Below, piece after piece: positions 52,286-64,000 of a stretch of 64,000 nt of DNA (positions are counted from its first letter, which is position 1; the number at the start of each line of letters is the position of its first letter). Below the pieces are notes generated by a model, which saw nothing but the letters and a program-made list of their open reading frames with translations, was not told where the DNA came from and ran no database searches. The DNA lies in NCBI GenBank assembly GCA_951406725.2, contig OX597837.1, positions 21,948,001-22,012,000 on the forward strand, given 5' to 3'. The stretch comes from Octopus vulgaris. Taxonomy: Eukaryota. Made by a program: the position numbers and the translations under genes.

Positions 52286-52599
52286 CAGTGGTTTTCAACC
52301 AGGGCCATTAAGGCCCCTGGGGGTCCATGCAACAAAATAATCGGAGGTCTACAACAGTATTTTAAGGGCCTCTGAAAAAATTTTGCTTTAGGTGTAGGTA
52401 TTGCAAGAAACAGTTAGGTTTCTTTCTCTGACATTTTACATAGTTCAACCTACAAAAGTTTAATGTGTGGAAAACAAAATAGGAATTTTGAAAGAAGTTT
52501 CTATAAAATTAGTTTTTAAACATAGAATGGCTAAGGGGGTCTACCAGAATAAAATAATAAAAGGGGTCCATAGATAAAAAAAGTGGCTGAGAATCCCTG
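52286..52599. mobile_element. hAT (Charlie-type) MITE
   Basis: CAGTGGTTTTCAACC ... GGCTGAGAATCCCTG TIRs; 8-bp TSD TTCTAGAC / CTCTAGAC fits NTCTAGAN. Confidence 0.88.
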
Positions 52600-52653
52600 C
52601 TCTAGACACTTTCATAGTCAGTCATCACCTTGGTCTCTGTTCTCTGTCATGCA

Positions 52654-52865
52654 CAGGGGTGGACAAAAAGAAGGTGTACAGTTGCTTAATATGAGTGGAA
52701 TGTTCTTTCCATTTCTCTATTCCTTTTTTTAGATGTAAGCAATTCATAAGTTGACTAAGGGATCTGCAGGGGATGTCTAGTTCATAGGAAGCCCTTTTTT
52801 TCATTTCTGGGGACTTTGAGTGAATGCTTGAGCTGCTATATTAAGCTATTTTTTCTCACCCCTGT
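52654..52865. mobile_element. Tc1/mariner-type MITE
   Basis: CAGGGGTGGACAAAAA ... TTTTTCTCACCCCTG followed by TA. Confidence 0.6.
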
Positions 52866-52876
52866 ATATGTATATA

Positions 52877-52910
<34 letters not shown>

Positions 52911-53287
52911 CACCTCTGTGTGTATGCATATATATATATGCACATGCATACATACACACACATTTAAGTGGCTTATAATTTCAACATCAATTTGAGTGTG
53001 CACGCATGTGCTTCAATATATGGGAATACTTATAAACTAAATATCCATGTTTATACATTGGTGTCTATATAGACCAAAAGTTATATCTATCTATCTATCT
53101 ATCTATATATATATATATATATATCTCATCATCATCATCATTTAGCGTCCGCTTTCCATGCTAGCATGGGTTGGACGGTTCAACTGGGGTCTGGGAAGCC
53201 AGAAGGCTGCACCAGGCCCAGTCTGATCTGGCAATGTTTCTACGGCTGGATGCCCTTCCTAACGTCAACCACTCCGTGAGTGTAGTG

Positions 53288-53380
<93 letters not shown>

Positions 53381-54203
53381 CTAATAGTGAGGGATTATCA
53401 ATCTGGGAAAAATACTTCATGAGGTCTCTGTTGGCACACCAGGCTAACATTGTTTAGATTAGTGAAGAACTCCAAGTATTCTTATGGCACGGTCCAAGGT
53501 TCTGGTTCATCACCATTCTGTATTATAAATCTGTGGTTGGGCTCCAGTCAAACTGGTTTTTACACAGTGTGATATATAAGACAAGTTATAGATAACAATC
53601 ATTACTTACTTTTCCTTCATCAGAGCAAATTTGGTTCTAATAAAGGAAAAATATGTATTGACCATTATCTACAACTTGTCATATATATATATGATATATA
53701 CACCCATATAATTCTCACCATAAATTGAGAGGTTAACAGTGCAAAACAACAATACAGGCATCATAAGCCCTCACAGAAAGAGAGCAAGCTTAGAGAATAA
53801 TGAACCACCACACACCACCCTTCTCCTCATCTCACCCTCACCACACTTCGCTCCATTTCCTACTCCCTTTTTAATGTCACAGTTTGTCAGTGTTTAATCC
53901 TTTAGCATTCAGATTATTCTATCAATCGTAATGCTTATTTATTCACATTGTTTTGAATTAATCATGCATTATTTTGAAGTTTCAAGATTTCAATAATGTG
54001 ATTGCGGGGTAGGTGTAAGTGGCCATATCTGGTCAGTTTGGACATAAGACAGGTGGAATATTTTGACTGGATATGACCAGTTTAAATGCTAAAGGGTTCC
54101 CAATATAGGATTTAAATACTAACCAATATTAACAGTGGCACTGGTGCTGGTGGTATAGGCTGAACTGGTGATGGTGATATGAAAGAATGGTGATGGTTTA
54201 TAT

Positions 54204-54461
54204 CAGTGGTTTTCAACCATTTTTTTCTATGGAACTCCTTTGATTCCTATTTTATTCTTCTGGACCTCCATAGCCATTCAATGGATATAAAAACATATCT
54301 GACTGTATTTTTATGGTTAAATACTTTTAGGAATTGTATTAAAAAAATTGTTAAATTATTTTGTGTGTTGTAGAAGTACAACCTATTTACTGCACATACA
54401 TTTAAAAAAAAATCTTATATGGATCCCCAAGGGCCATATAGACCCTGGTTGAGAACCACCA
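54204..54461. mobile_element. hAT MITE
   Basis: CAGTGGTTTTCAACC ... GGTTGAGAACCACCA; perfect 8-bp TSD GTTTATAT at 54196-54203 and 54462-54469. Confidence 0.9.
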
Positions 54462-54549
54462 GTTTATATGTTGTTAGTGGTGATGGTCATGGTGGTGGTG
54501 GTGGCAGTAGTGATCAGGATTATAATGTGGATATGGCATGGGAAAAACA

Positions 54550-54850
54550 TTTGAGTGAGGTCATTGCCAGTGCCGCTGGACTGGCTTCTGTGCAGGTGGT
54601 ACATAAAAAGCACCATCCAAACGTGGATGATGCTAGTGCCACCTGACTGGCTCCCATGCCTGTGGAATGTTAAAAGCCCCCACTACACTCTCAGAGTGGT
54701 TGGCGTTAGGAAGGGCATCCAGCTGTAGAAACTCTGCCAGATCAGATTGGAGCCTGGTCAGATCAGATTGGAGACTGGTTCGCCAGTCCTCAGTCAAATC
54801 GTCCAACCCATGCCAGCATGGAAAGCAGATGTTAAATGATGATGTTGATG
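54550..54850 (+). mobile_element. Family C repeat
   Basis: Family motifs and (GAT)n tail; local 21-bp tandem duplication CAGATCAGATTGGAGMCTGGT. Confidence 0.85.
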
Positions 54851-55737
54851 CCAGAAGCCAAAGGAAAAGGTGCCCAGAGGTAGTTGCAGTGTATGAGTGA
54901 TGCTGATAGGCTTTCATAACAGATGAATCCCACAACAAAGCAGCAAAGGTACTGATGGTGGCCTGAAATTCTTGGAGATGGGGAGCCAGTCGATTAGATC
55001 GACTCCAGTGTGCAACTGGTACTTAATTTATTGACCCCCGAAAGGTTGAATAGCAAAGTTGACCTCAGCGGAATTTGAACTCAGAACATAAAGACATGAT
55101 ATACTGCTAAGCATTTCGTCCGACATGCTAATGTTTCTGCCATTCTGCCAGTTTGAAGTGGTGAATATTGCTTATAGCAGTCCACAACTGTTATCCCCAC
55201 CACCACCACCAACAACAACACAACAACAATATTGTTATCTTTTAATTTTTACTTGTTTCAATCATCAGTCAAGACTGCACGTGTGTTAGGGCACTGTCCT
55301 GAAGGGATTAGTTGAACAAATCGACCCCACCCCCAGTACTTCTTTTAACCCTTTAACATTTAATTCAGCCATACCTGGCCCAGATATTCTATCTGTTTTA
55401 TGTTAAAACTACCCAAATTCATTTTCTCACACCTACACTACAATATCATTCTAAAAATACACACCATTGAAATCTTGAAGTTACAAGATAATCTGTGATT
55501 AATTAAAAACATTGTGAATAAATAAGCAATTCATTTGACGAAGAAATCTGAATGCTAAAGAGTTACCATCTGGTATTTGTTTTTATTGGTCTATTTGCTG
55601 AACTGCTAAGCCATGGAGATGTGAGCAAACCAACACCAGTTATCAAGCAGTGGTGGTGGAAACAGACCCAAACACAAAGACACACACATGTATATGTACA
55701 CAAATATACAAATACACACACATACATATGTACACAC

Positions 55738-56086
55738 ACTCTTTTACTTGTTTCAGTCATTTGACTGTGGCCACGCTGGAGCACCGCCTTTAGTTGAGCA
55801 AATCGACCCCAGGACTTATTCTTTGTAAGCCTAGTACTTATTCTATCGGTCTCTTTTGCTGAACCGCTAAGTTATACAAACAAATACACACACATACATA
55901 CATATATGTATATACATATATACGACGGGCTTCTTTCAGTTTCTGTCTATTAAATCCACTCACAAGGCTTTGGTCAGCCCAAGGCCATAGCAGAAGACAC
56001 TTGCCCAAGGTGCCACGCAGTGGGACTGAACCCGGAATCATGTGGTTGGTAAGCAAGCTACTTACCACACAGCCAATCCTGTGCCT
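55738..56086 (-). mobile_element. SINE family A with internal deletion, embedded in the microsatellite of an older SINE A
   Basis: Old-copy pieces at about 55245-55345, 55567-55735 and 56095-56240. Confidence 0.8.
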
Positions 56087-57014
56087 ATATCTATATATGA
56101 CAAGCTTTCACACAGTTTCTATCTACCAAATTCACTTAGAAGACATTGGTCAGCCTTTGCCCAAGGTATTGTGCAGTGGAACTGAACCCCAAACCACATG
56201 ATTGCAAAGCTAGCTTCTTAACCACACGGCCATGCCTGCACCCACCTACTTAACCACACACAGTTGTGTTTTTTGTTTTGCTTTGTTTTTGTGTTTTTGC
56301 AAGTGATTTTATTTTTGCGGTTTTCATTGCTGATATGGTATCTGATCCTTCATTCACTCTCCAATCCTTTTGACAAATGATTCCAACAAGAAAAAGAAAT
56401 AAAACGAAACAAAAGAACGGAACATTAGAACGTGAATGACCAATAAAATCTCATTGAGGAAAGTTTGCAGTAGATTGTGGGGGGGGGAAAGGAGGGGTAA
56501 GTAGATTTGTTTTGTTCTTGTTTTTTATTTCTGTAGTCAAACCAATTTAAGAGAAAAAAAAATAGCTTGACAAATGAGGAAAAACAAAAAGGCTGTATAC
56601 CATTGGAATGACTCAATGGGTTTTGTTTGTTTTTCACTGATTCTATTCTTATGAAACTATTTTGATCACTCTCACTCACCCACACTTTGGACACCATCAC
56701 CACCACTACTACTACTACAGAGGCCATGACCAGTATTAAATAAAACCAACACAAATAACAACCAATGAGAAAATGTTTACATGGATTTCTTATTTACTAG
56801 AAATAGCAGTCATATTACTCTATCATCATTAAAGAAAAGGGATATATTGGATAGTGTTGCCCAAGGTATTTTATGTAAAAAAAAAGAGAAATAAAAAAAA
56901 TAATGTTAGGATAATTGTGGCAAGAATGCTTTTGATCAGCAATCTGCTTAGTCAAATGCAACTCGGTGTTAAACAGTAACTTTATCACCATAAATTTCTA
57001 TAATCAAACTTCTA

Positions 57015-57350
57015 AGGTGCATGGCTCAGTGGTTAGAGCACCGGGCTCACAATCATGAGGTAGTGAGTTCAATTCCTAGACCAGGCTGTATGTTGTGTTG
57101 TGCTCTTGAGCAAGACACTTTATTTCACATTGCTCCAGTTTGTTCAACTGTAGAAATGAGTTCCGATGTCACTGGTGCCAAGCTGTATTGGCCCCTTTGC
57201 CTTTCCCTTGGATGACATCAGTGGCATGGAGAGGGGAGATGGGTGATTGCTGGTCTTCCATAAGCAACCTTGCCAGGTCTTCTGCCTTGGAGGGTAACTT
57301 TCTAGGTGCAATCCTATGACCATTCATAACTGAAGGGGGTCTTTACTCTT
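57015..57350 (+). mobile_element. SINE family D, full length (tRNA head, CORE-like block)
   Basis: A box TGGCTCAGTGGTTAGAGC, B box GAGTTCAATTCC, TCTTGAGCAAGACACTT. Confidence 0.88.
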
Positions 57351-57892
57351 TATCAAGCCCAAATATTCTACTTATGTGAGTTCATTTGGTAGATGAAAAC
57401 TGAAAGAAGTCATTGTGAATGTGTGTGTGTGTGTGTGTGTGCATGTGTGTGTGTGTGTGTGTTGCCCACTATCACCACTCAACAACCAGTATTGGTTTGT
57501 TTACATCCCACTAACTTAGCTGTTTGGCAAACAAGTCAGATAGAATAAGGACCAGGTTTTAAAAATTAGTACTGAAATTGATTCGCTTGACTAAGACCCT
57601 TCAAGGTGTTGCCTAAGCATGGCCACAATCCAATGACAGAAAAAAGAGTAAAAGATAGAAGAAGGATATATACAAACAATAAAAAAAATCTTTGAAGGCA
57701 GTGCTCCAGCATGACTACAACCTAAGAACCAAATGAAACCAGTAAAAGACTATTATTATGTTTGTATATCATCAAAAGCATCAAGGAGGCCAACTTGAAA
57801 ATGTGGTCAGTGTGATGGGAGTCCTCAATGATTTAACAAGTTCCTATCAACGCAATTGAAACCAGCCAACCAACCTCAAGACTCCTAGTCTG

Positions 57893-58340
57893 CTGGAAGT
57901 GTTTGTGGGTGGCGGTTGTGGGTGGATGGAGGTAGCTCGAAATGCGCGTGTGTGTGTGTGTGGGGGGGTGTAGTGGTAATTGGAAGTGTGTGTGTATGTG
58001 TGTAGTGGTAATTGGAAGTGCCTGTGTGTGTGTATGTGGAGGTGAAAGTGTGTATGTATGTGGAGGTAGCAGTGTGTGTGTGTGTGTGTGCATGTATGGT
58101 AATGATGGATGCATGGAGTTGCTAGAAGTGTGTGTGTGTGTATGTAGTGGTAATTGGAAGTGTGTGTGTATGTGTGTAGTGGTAGTTGGAAGTGTGTGTG
58201 TGTGTAGTGGTAGTTGAAAGTGTGTATGTATGTGGAGGTACCTGGAAGTGTGTTGGAAGTGTGTGTGTGTGTGCATGTGTGGCAATGATGGGTGCATGGA
58301 GGTTGCTAGAAGTGTGTGTGTGTGTGTGTGTGTGTGTAGG
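57893..58340. repeat. Compound (GT)n repeat with recurring GTAGTGGTAATTGGAAGT and ATGGAGGT blocks
   Basis: Direct reading. Confidence 0.85.
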
Positions 58341-59388
58341 GCAATTGTGGGTGTGAGGAAGTATGTGGAGAGAAGTGGTTGGTGGTGGGAACTAACACTT
58401 CTCCCAGAGATATTCAACTTTAATAATACTTATTTTAAAACTGCCATGCAATTCAAATCAGCAAGCCGACCACAACCTCTGGCATGTTGAAGTGTCTGGA
58501 AGTGTATGAGCAGTGGTGGTAATGGTGGTGGTGGCAGCAGCATCGGGGTGGGTGGTTGGGTGCGAAAGAGCTTTTTTTTTAGGGGTGGGATGGGGAACAA
58601 TCACCATGCCCGTTATTCAACGTCAGTAATACTTATTTAATAACTAATAACAGTTATTGGATGTTGAGAGAGAGAGAGGAAGGAAGGAAATAGAGAGAAA
58701 GGGAAATGGAGAGTGAGGGAGGGTGGCAGGAAGAGAAAGTGGGGGGGGGAATAGAAAGAGGAAAAAAGGGAAAGGGAGAGAAAGAGAGTGTAGAAAGAGT
58801 GTGGAGAAGAATCAGAAGAAAAAGAGAGGGTAGTGAGAAGTAGGGTCGGGGGTAGAGAAAAAGACTAAATGTTCCCTTATCACTCAATCAGATATAATTG
58901 ATGAGCTCACGGGCAGGGATGGCTGTAAGGTGATGAGGATAGGAGGGAAGAGATAGCAATTAGCACAGAGGGTTTAATTAACAATAGAGAATATGACTGG
59001 GAAGCAGCAGCAGTCACTGTAATATTAACAGATATGTTTGTTGTATACTAAAGTGACACAGGCACAAATTGATTGATTCTTGAGCAAATTATAAATGAAG
59101 TGATGAGGAAAGGTTGAGAAGAGAGAGAGAGAGAGAGTAAGGTCCAGTTATTACAGCCAGAGAAGGAGAATGAGAGGGAGAGGGTAGGGTGAGTCAAAGA
59201 GGCTAAGACGAACTACAGGCAGATAATCCAGCTATCTTTTGGAGATGGAGAGGTGATTAGAAAGATAATTAGGTGGATGGTTCAGTTAATTACTTTGACA
59301 CAACTTACTCATAGTTGAAGCTTTATTGTTGTTACTCTGAGTTTGCTCAGTAAATTTATTATGTATGTACTTTTTGATTTTGTGTATG

Positions 59389-59555
59389 TAGGAGTGGCTG
59401 TGTGGTAAGTAGCTTGTTTACCAACCACATGGTTCCAGGTTCAGTCTCACTGTGTGGCACCTTGGGCAAGTGTCTTCTACTATAGCCTCGGGCCAACCAA
59501 AGCCTTGTGAGTAGATTTGGTTGATAGAAACTGAAAGAAGCCTGTCGTATATATG

Positions 59556-59600
<45 letters not shown>

Positions 59601-59783
59601 TTGTGTGTCTGTGTTTGTCCACCCCACCAACATCGCTTGACAACTGATGCTGATATGTTTACATCGCCATAACTTAGCAGTTCAGCAAAAGGGACCGACA
59701 GACTAAGTACTAGGCTTACAAAAAATAAGTCCTGGGGTCGATTTGCATGGCCACAGTCAAATGACTGAAACAAGTAAAAGAGT
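59389..59783 (+). mobile_element. SINE family A
   Basis: Colinear with consensus. Confidence 0.88.
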
Positions 59784-59819
59784 ATTCAAATGCACACAAA
59801 TAATACACACAGATACATG

Positions 59820-60283
59820 AGCGCAGACCCAGAAAGACGTGGGACAAAGTGGTGAGAAAGGATCTTCAGACACTGGGCCTCACTGAGGAGATGACAAGGG
59901 GCCAAGACTTCTAGTCATTTGCTGTACTTGAGAAGATACATCAAGCTAAGTAAAATTGTGGTTGTCCTTGCATACAGGTATGTCCCCTACATCTGACTTC
60001 AGCTGAACAATCCTAATGCTGTGGGCTCGTGGGTGCTGGTACCATGTGAAGAACACTTGTGCCAGTGCCACATAAAAGCACCCGTGCTGATGTTGCATAA
60101 AAGTGCCCAGTACACTCTGTATAGTGGTTGGCATTAGGAAGGGTATCCAACTATAGAAACCATGCCAAAAGAGATATGGAGCCTGGGCAGCCGTTCAGCT
60201 GGCAAGCTCATCAAGCCATTCAACCCATGCCAGCATGGAAAACAGACGTTAAATGATGATGATGATAACGACGATGATGATGA
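59820..60283 (+). mobile_element. RTE-clade LINE 3' end: degenerate ORF2 C-terminus plus family C 3' UTR and (GAT)n tail
   Basis: Translates RPRKTWDKVVRKDLQTLGLTEEMTR, the RTE-type GRP.K.W...V..DL motif. Confidence 0.8.
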
Positions 60284-60629
60284 CACACACACATGCTTCA
60301 CTGTATTGACTCAGACAAGTAGATGTTGTTATACACTGCTGGTCACAATGCACTTCCTCACATTGTTGAAGCTTTCAAATGATGCCAATCCCACTGGCTT
60401 GGAAAGCAAACCAACATCCATTCTGAACCAGACATCAGTCCACTGCCAGGCTTACCTATTTACAGCTGAGTGGACTGTGGACTAGAGCAACATGAAATGA
60501 AGTGTTATGCTCAAGAACACAATGCACTACCAGTCTGGGAATTGAAACCATGATGTTGTGATCCCAAGTGCAACACTTTAACCACTAGACTACACACACA
60601 CACATTTTGTTGGCTGTTCACTTCAGACT

Positions 60630-61125
60630 TCATCATAATCATTTAACATCTGCTTTCCATGCTGGCATGGGTTAGATGGTTTGACTGAAACTGGTAAGCT
60701 GGAGAGCTGCACCAGGTTCCAATCTGATTTGGTTTCTACAGCTAGATGCCCTTCTGAATGCCAGCCTCTCCAAGAGTGTAATGAGTGCTTTTTAGGTGCC
60801 ACCAGCATAGGTGCTAGTTATGTGACACTGGCTTCAGTCACAACTACAATTTCACTTGGCTTCATGAGTCTTCTTGAGCATAACATATTGCCAATGGTCT
60901 TGGTCACTTCTCATCACCTCCGTGAAGCTCAATTTTTTTTAGGATATTTTTTACGTGCCAGTTATGTGACACCGACATCAGTCACAACTATGATTTCACT
61001 TGGCTTCATGGGTCTTCTCAGGCACGGCAAATCACCAAAGGCCTCAGTCATTTGCCATTCCCTTTGAGAGGCCCAGCATTCAAAGATCATGCTTCACCAC
61101 CTTGTTCCATGTCTTCCTAGATCTA
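60630..61125 (-). mobile_element. RTE-clade LINE 3' end, opposite orientation
   Basis: Minus strand RKTWNKVVKHDL*MLGLSKGM followed by family C UTR. Confidence 0.75.
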
Positions 61126-61525
61126 ACAAAATGTCTTTAGATGGAGAGCAAGGCAGTTGGGATCGTCCCCCCACCAGACTGCCTCTCTGGGCCTCCATAC
61201 CAAGTACCAAATATGTACAAGAGAGCAACAAGCGTGCACAACAATGAAGCTGCTCCACAGTAGCAGCTCACTCACTAGTTGATACTTAACTGTTGCCTGA
61301 TGGTACAGATCTGCTTGGCTGCACTAACCTTCAAGCCGGTGATCTTGGACCCACCCACTTTGTCAGTTATCCAACATCCTGCTGCTGACATCTCCATGGT
61401 ATCATTGGCAGGAGAGGTTAAGGGGTCGTCAACACTTGCCCAGGGTGTCACCTTAGTCTATAGATAGAAGGGGCAACTTACCCTTTTACAACCTGCCACT
61501 GATGTGGGTGCTGTGCCACACTATA

Positions 61526-61589
<64 letters not shown>

Positions 61590-62946
61590 TATCATTTACT
61601 TGTTTTAGTAATTAGCTATACACCCACACACACACACAAACAATGGGCTTCTTTCAGTTTTCATTTACCAAATCAGCTCACAAGGTCAGCCCAAAGCTAT
61701 AGCTGAAGACACTTTCCAAGGTGCCATGTAGTGGGACTGAACCCGGAACCATGTGGTTGGGAAGCAAGTTTCTTACCACACAGCCACAGGGTTAAATTCC
61801 AAACTGTGTCCTCTTGAAGGACACAGCTGTTTCTAAATGTATGATGAACTATATATGTATTGCTTGCAATAGGGTAGATACTATTAAAGAGGCCAAAATT
61901 GTAGGTTGATAGAATTAAACAAAATGATGGATGAAGCCTACCACCGAAGCTGGCTTTGCAGAATTTGAACTCAGAATGCAAACAACTAGAACAAATATTG
62001 GTTTCAAATTTTGTGTTCAACTGGTACTTATTTCATTGACCCTGAAAGAATAAAAGGCAAAGTCAACCTCGGCAGAATTTGAACTCAAAACGTAAAGATG
62101 GACGAAATGCCGCTAAGCACCTCGCCCGGCATGCTAACGATTCTGCCAGCTCACCACCTTAGCCAGGACAAATATTGCAGAGCATATCCTGTCTGATGCT
62201 CAAACGGTGCTGCTAGACCACTATCCTAGACTGATATTTATCAACCCCACCCCGAAGGCTCAAATTTGGTCTCGGCGGGATTTGAACTCCGAACGTAAAG
62301 AATCAGAATTAACAAGTGCAATGTCTTTTGTTCGACGCTCTAACGACTTCGATAATTTGATTTGTAAGTACGTGTATGCACGTTTGTTTAAAACGATAGT
62401 GTCAGACGATATCACAACAATGAAACGGAAAAGATTGACAATCTAGGGATGGTACAAACATTCTTTTGGATTGTAATCAGAAATTGAAAGTGGAAATATT
62501 CGACAATGTCCAGGCGGATACGATGAATAGGCAACTCACCACTCCACTATTTAATTATTTTATTTTATTTTATTTGTTTCTTTATTTTGCGCAAAAATTT
62601 CTTTGGCTTCCTACGGCTTCAACAAACAAGATAACAATTTTGCAACAAAATAAAAATCAAATTTTTTATCCCCACCCCCCGCCAACCCCTTAAATCTGTT
62701 TTTCTTTTTCTTTTAACATTTTCCGAAAACATTTTGGGATTCCATTCTTAAAAATGTGGAGATTATAGTTTTTTGCTTTTTTGCTTTTTAAAAGAATTTC
62801 ATTGCCAGTTCCTTACGAAAATTTTCCACGTATACCGAAAGAAAGCCTCGGTGTCTCTAAATGTAGTAAATGTATCCAAGAATACTACACACACATACCT
62901 ACCTACATACACACACACACATACCTACCTACCTACATACACACAC

Positions 62947-62978
<32 letters not shown>

Positions 62979-63163
62979 CGTTTACTCTCAGACGCACAAT
63001 GTCAACATACATAAACACCTAAATGTTCTTTTATAAACAATATTCGAAACATGTTCAGTGAAGTTTACACAGTTCACGTTCGCTCACAGACATTCCAATT
63101 AAAACGTACACCCACCACTCACAAACACACACAATTTATATATATATATAGACAATCTTACAG

Positions 63164-63231
<68 letters not shown>

Positions 63232-63443
63232 CTCGATGCAGTCTATTTACTATCCACTCCGTAGAACAAAGAACTACATACATACACTCTTAGTCTTATA
63301 CTTGTTTCAGTCATCTGACAGCGGCCACGCTGGAGCACCATGTATGTGTGTATGTGTGCGTGCGTGTGAGAGACAGGGGTGGGGTGATAGTACATGCCAA
63401 CACTCCCACAACTATAAACACATACACGCATTCCCGCTTACAA

Positions 63444-63474
<31 letters not shown>

Positions 63475-63629
63475 TAGCCATGCATACATATGCGCAAAAT
63501 TACTAAAGCGTGCGCACCTACAACAATGAAACACACGCACACATACACAAACAAACACAGACACACACAAACAAACATACACACAAACATACACAAACAC
63601 ACACCCTCATACACTGTTTCAAGATAATT

Positions 63630-63682
63630 TCCATTGGCTCTCCTCAATGTATCACCTCCAAACTACTCCGCCCACCGCGATC
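63630..63682 (-). promoter_or_regulatory. Possible promoter elements: GC box and CCAAT box in a CpG-retaining region
   Basis: Minus strand GGGCGGAG (about 63666-63673) and AGCCAATG (about 63632-63639); no transcript evidence. Confidence 0.3.
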
Positions 63683-63837
63683 GGTCTTACTTTCTTCCTC
63701 TTACAAAAAAGGTTTTGTAGTGCACTAGCATTGTGTGCGAGTGTATGTATATACAAATAGCTGTCGTAGTATTACATGCGTACATACACGTGCACATATA
63801 CACACATGCATGTATATATCTCATATGCATGTATATA

Positions 63838-63906
<69 letters not shown>

Positions 63907-64000
63907 TATTTGGAGAATAAGAAAACGACGCGAGGTGTTCAATCATATAATAATTTAATAAATAAAACATATGCATACATACATACATACATACATACAT

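Noticed and set aside
57015-57090. tRNA-like A and B boxes here and at many other sites
   Set aside because: They continue into SINE bodies and lack a complete cloverleaf

Overview
AT-rich, repeat-dense eukaryotic genomic DNA with no recognisable intact multi-exon gene. The SINE families and (TA)n/(CA)n density resemble an octopus genome, which is my recognition and not a database result. Most of the window is three tRNA-headed SINE families, 5'-truncated RTE-type and CR1-type LINE ends, TTAA-flanked piggyBac-type MITEs, hAT MITEs with 8-bp TSDs, one internally deleted mariner, a small Helitron-like element and micro/minisatellites. Nearly all ORFs in the track are microsatellite or SINE read-through. 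The most interesting signal is a set of short, mostly microsatellite-embedded elements, three of them long inverted repeats, that each fold into a minimal type I hammerhead-ribozyme topology with different catalytic cores (CUGAAGA, CUGACGA, CCGACGA, CUGUGGA and a G3-C8-swapped GUGAACA). They fit Penelope-like retroelement pLTR remnants from at least four families. Also notable: a stop-free 440-bp protein-coding fragment (MED26-like from memory) sealed between two (TA)n tracts, a 260-bp insertion ending in a Y-shaped hairpin, and several close inverted repeat pairs able to form dsRNA. A CpG-retaining, promoter-like right end suggests the window may be mostly intron of a minus-strand transcript (low confidence). 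Boundaries were read by eye and are approximate.
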